A stretch of DNA of 64,000 nt from NCBI GenBank assembly GCA_047495785.1, contig JBLDXI010000032.1, positions 558,001-622,000 on the forward strand. Direction: 5' to 3'. A model generated the notes under the pieces. The model had not been told where the DNA came from. It worked only from the letters and a program-made list of their open reading frames with translations, and made no database searches. Positions 61,644-64,000 of this stretch are shown here, piece after piece; the stretch's first letter is position 1; each line of letters opens with the position of its first letter. The translations under genes were made by a program, and so were the position numbers. The DNA comes from Lepidodermella squamata (lineage: Eukaryota; Animalia; Gastrotricha).

Positions 61644-64000
61644 TCACCAGAGGTATTCAACACTCGTATCCTCTATAGTTGCACCCCTTTGTAAGAGAAG
61701 TTTGACTGTAAAACGATGCTGATGCTGGTTCGCTAACTTAACAGCCTCATCCAAGTCAGAGGCACCATTATCCAAAAGTAGCCTAACCATTTCCAGATTC
61801 CCATCTCGAGCAGCTATTTTAAGAGCGGAGTCGTTCTCCACATTTCTGTGGTTAATGCTTGCATCTTCCTTTATCAACATGTTCGCGATGTAACGATTGT
61901 TTCGAATAGCTGCATGAATCAGTGGTGTCATACCAGAATCGTCTGAATGATTAACGCTAGCTCCCAAATCGATAAGATACCGAACCAAGTCTGATCTACC
62001 CTCTATCACGGCGTAAGATAGTAAGTCTTTGTTGCTAGCATCTGTTTCGTTGGCAAGATTCACGCCACGTTTTGATAGTAGTTGGAAAACCTTCAAGTCT
62101 CTTCTTTCATTAACTGCCAAAATTGATAAGGGATTGCCAGCTTCATTGCGCCAAGTTACGTTAGCTCCCCGATCGAGTAGGTAATCCAAAATTAGCGAAT
62201 TTAAACAATGCGTTTTACCGGTGACAGCTTTTTCAAGATCGGAATCGCGGATTTGCTGAATCCCTTTTCCAACAAAGTATTTTACCGCATCCAAACGACC
62301 AAGTAACAGCTGGTTTTCAAAGACATCTCGACTCGAAAAATCAGCCCCATTATCGATAAGAAATTTCAGAATATCAACATCATCGATTGGAAGGGTTCCG
62401 AAATCTTCATTCACGCCAACACCGTTTTTCACAAGAAACTTTACCAATTCGTAATTATTGTTCCGGAAAGCTGTTAGAATTGGTGAAAACGTAGCATCGC
62501 CTTGAATCGATACGCCATTGGATATCATTACTTTAGCGATTTCTATCCTTAAGATCTCTTCAGTGTGGCCTGAAGTTAGACGATCGAGGATTGTATTGTC
62601 CAGTGCTTCGCCAATAGTTGATAGTCGGATTTGTTCAAACAATTTCCTGAATTCAGCGAGATTCCCAGTATGAGCTGCATCCCCAAGTCTCTGATGAGCA
62701 TACTCTAGCTCTGTCTTGGTCAAAACCTAAAGTGAATATTGTCATGGCGTTTTGTTCATCAAATAGGTTGGCTTACCTTGACACATTTACCAGGAACCGG
62801 TTGCCATTTCGAACATTTTAGTGGATCTTTAACACAAGTTGAAACGGAAGCTCCACTAGTCAACATTTGATCATCCGGGCAATGAATATGGATCGTAGCG
62901 TTAAGTGGCAACTTTTCCAACTTCTTGACCGGCATGATGTAGCTGATCAAGCCATCAACATGGTCCAAGGAGCAACTTTCTTCTTGATAACAGTCTTTCG
63001 CTCTGGAAATTATAGAAGATATTCCATGCGGTATTCTAACATTAGGAAATGGCTCTTCAAAGGAATCGATGCCGAATTTCGAAATGAGAACTTCCACGTT
63101 TTTGGGGCAGTTGAATTTGATTGCTAAGGACAGAAGTGAATCGCCAGTCATATTACTAAGAGCCACTTCTTTTGCCGTATTGAAATCGAGAAAATCAAGT
63201 AATTGTTCGAAAATCGGCTCTTCGTGGCAAGAAACTGCATAATGCAAGGCAGTTTCATTTTTCTCATCTCGTTCCAAAAGCAGACCAGGCCATCTGTAGG
63301 CCAGATACCTTGCAATTTCCCATTTATAACCATCAATCGCTCGGTGTAGTGCGGTATAGTTAAATTTGTCTGGTCTTTCGAAGACAACTTTTAAAGTCCA
63401 AGCGGCAATTATTTGTTTTACAGCGATCAAATTGCCATTATCAATGGCGTAAAATAAAGGAGGTCGTCCGAGCTCATCGAGTACTGTCAAATTCATCTCA
63501 GCCATATCGCATAGTCGATCACCAAAAATATCCGTCAACTTGTCAATCGCATCGAAAATCTCGTGTCTAAATCGAGTTTTAACTTCAAGAGCCGAGATTT
63601 TAGCACCATTTGCAACCAAAACTTCAATCATTGTCGTCGGGTCTGCTGAAATCCCTAGTTCAGCCCAATGAAATGGGAGATTACCAGCGAAGTCAGGTTG
63701 ATTTTTGAGATTTGGATCCTTCTCAAGAATTATTTTCACAATTTTTGATTCTGTTTCCTGTTCGCTTTCGTAAAGCAGCATGTCTTCAAATTCCGGCCTC
63801 GATTGAATCATGCCGGCTCTAAAACCACTTTGATGAATAGCCATCGAATGCAAAACATTGCCACCCAAGCTATTACGAGAGGAAACATCCGCCCCTAATT
63901 CGATGAAAATGTTAACTGCTTCAGTATTCCGAGAAATTGCGGCTAAATGCAGGGCTGGGGCTGAAATGTGGGTCAATCCACCGAATAATCGGCATTTTGA
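61644..64000 (-). CDS. Paralogous ankyrin-Sushi-ankyrin protein (ANK-2); 5' end outside the window, intron 62727-62776
   Basis: Collinear with ANK-1, same intron position, 4-Cys plus Trp Sushi pattern. Confidence 0.85.

Noticed and set aside
1-64000. CRISPR arrays, tRNA/rRNA genes, prokaryotic operons
   Set aside because: None seen. The repeats are irregularly spaced promoter motifs or TIRs in intron-containing eukaryotic DNA.

Overview
Compact animal genomic DNA with short (~48-60 nt) GT-AG introns and no prokaryotic features. A nicotinic receptor with the Pro-Ala anion-selectivity motif suggests a spiralian/lophotrochozoan host (inference). Positions 1-44 kb form a detoxification island: 15 apparently intact sigma-class-like glutathione S-transferases (GSTs), one deleted GST pseudogene and three UDP-glycosyltransferases (UGTs). 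Interleaved with these are an intronless class C GPCR, two intronless secreted PAN/C-type-lectin/kringle mosaic genes, a SWIM/MULE remnant, a BEN-like gene and several MITEs. The right part holds a class A GPCR, an ACh-gated anion-channel-type subunit, two divergent nuclear receptors and two ankyrin-Sushi-ankyrin genes, inside a partly decayed tandem block duplication. Main unexplained signals: (1) a cis-element GTCGGTCAA found 10 times in GST upstream regions, next to nuclear receptors with an atypical CDPCKK P-box, which may be a detox regulon; (2) apparently secreted ankyrin proteins with a central Sushi module; (3) a C-type lectin domain split by four nested domains. All gene models were read by eye; no database searches were run.
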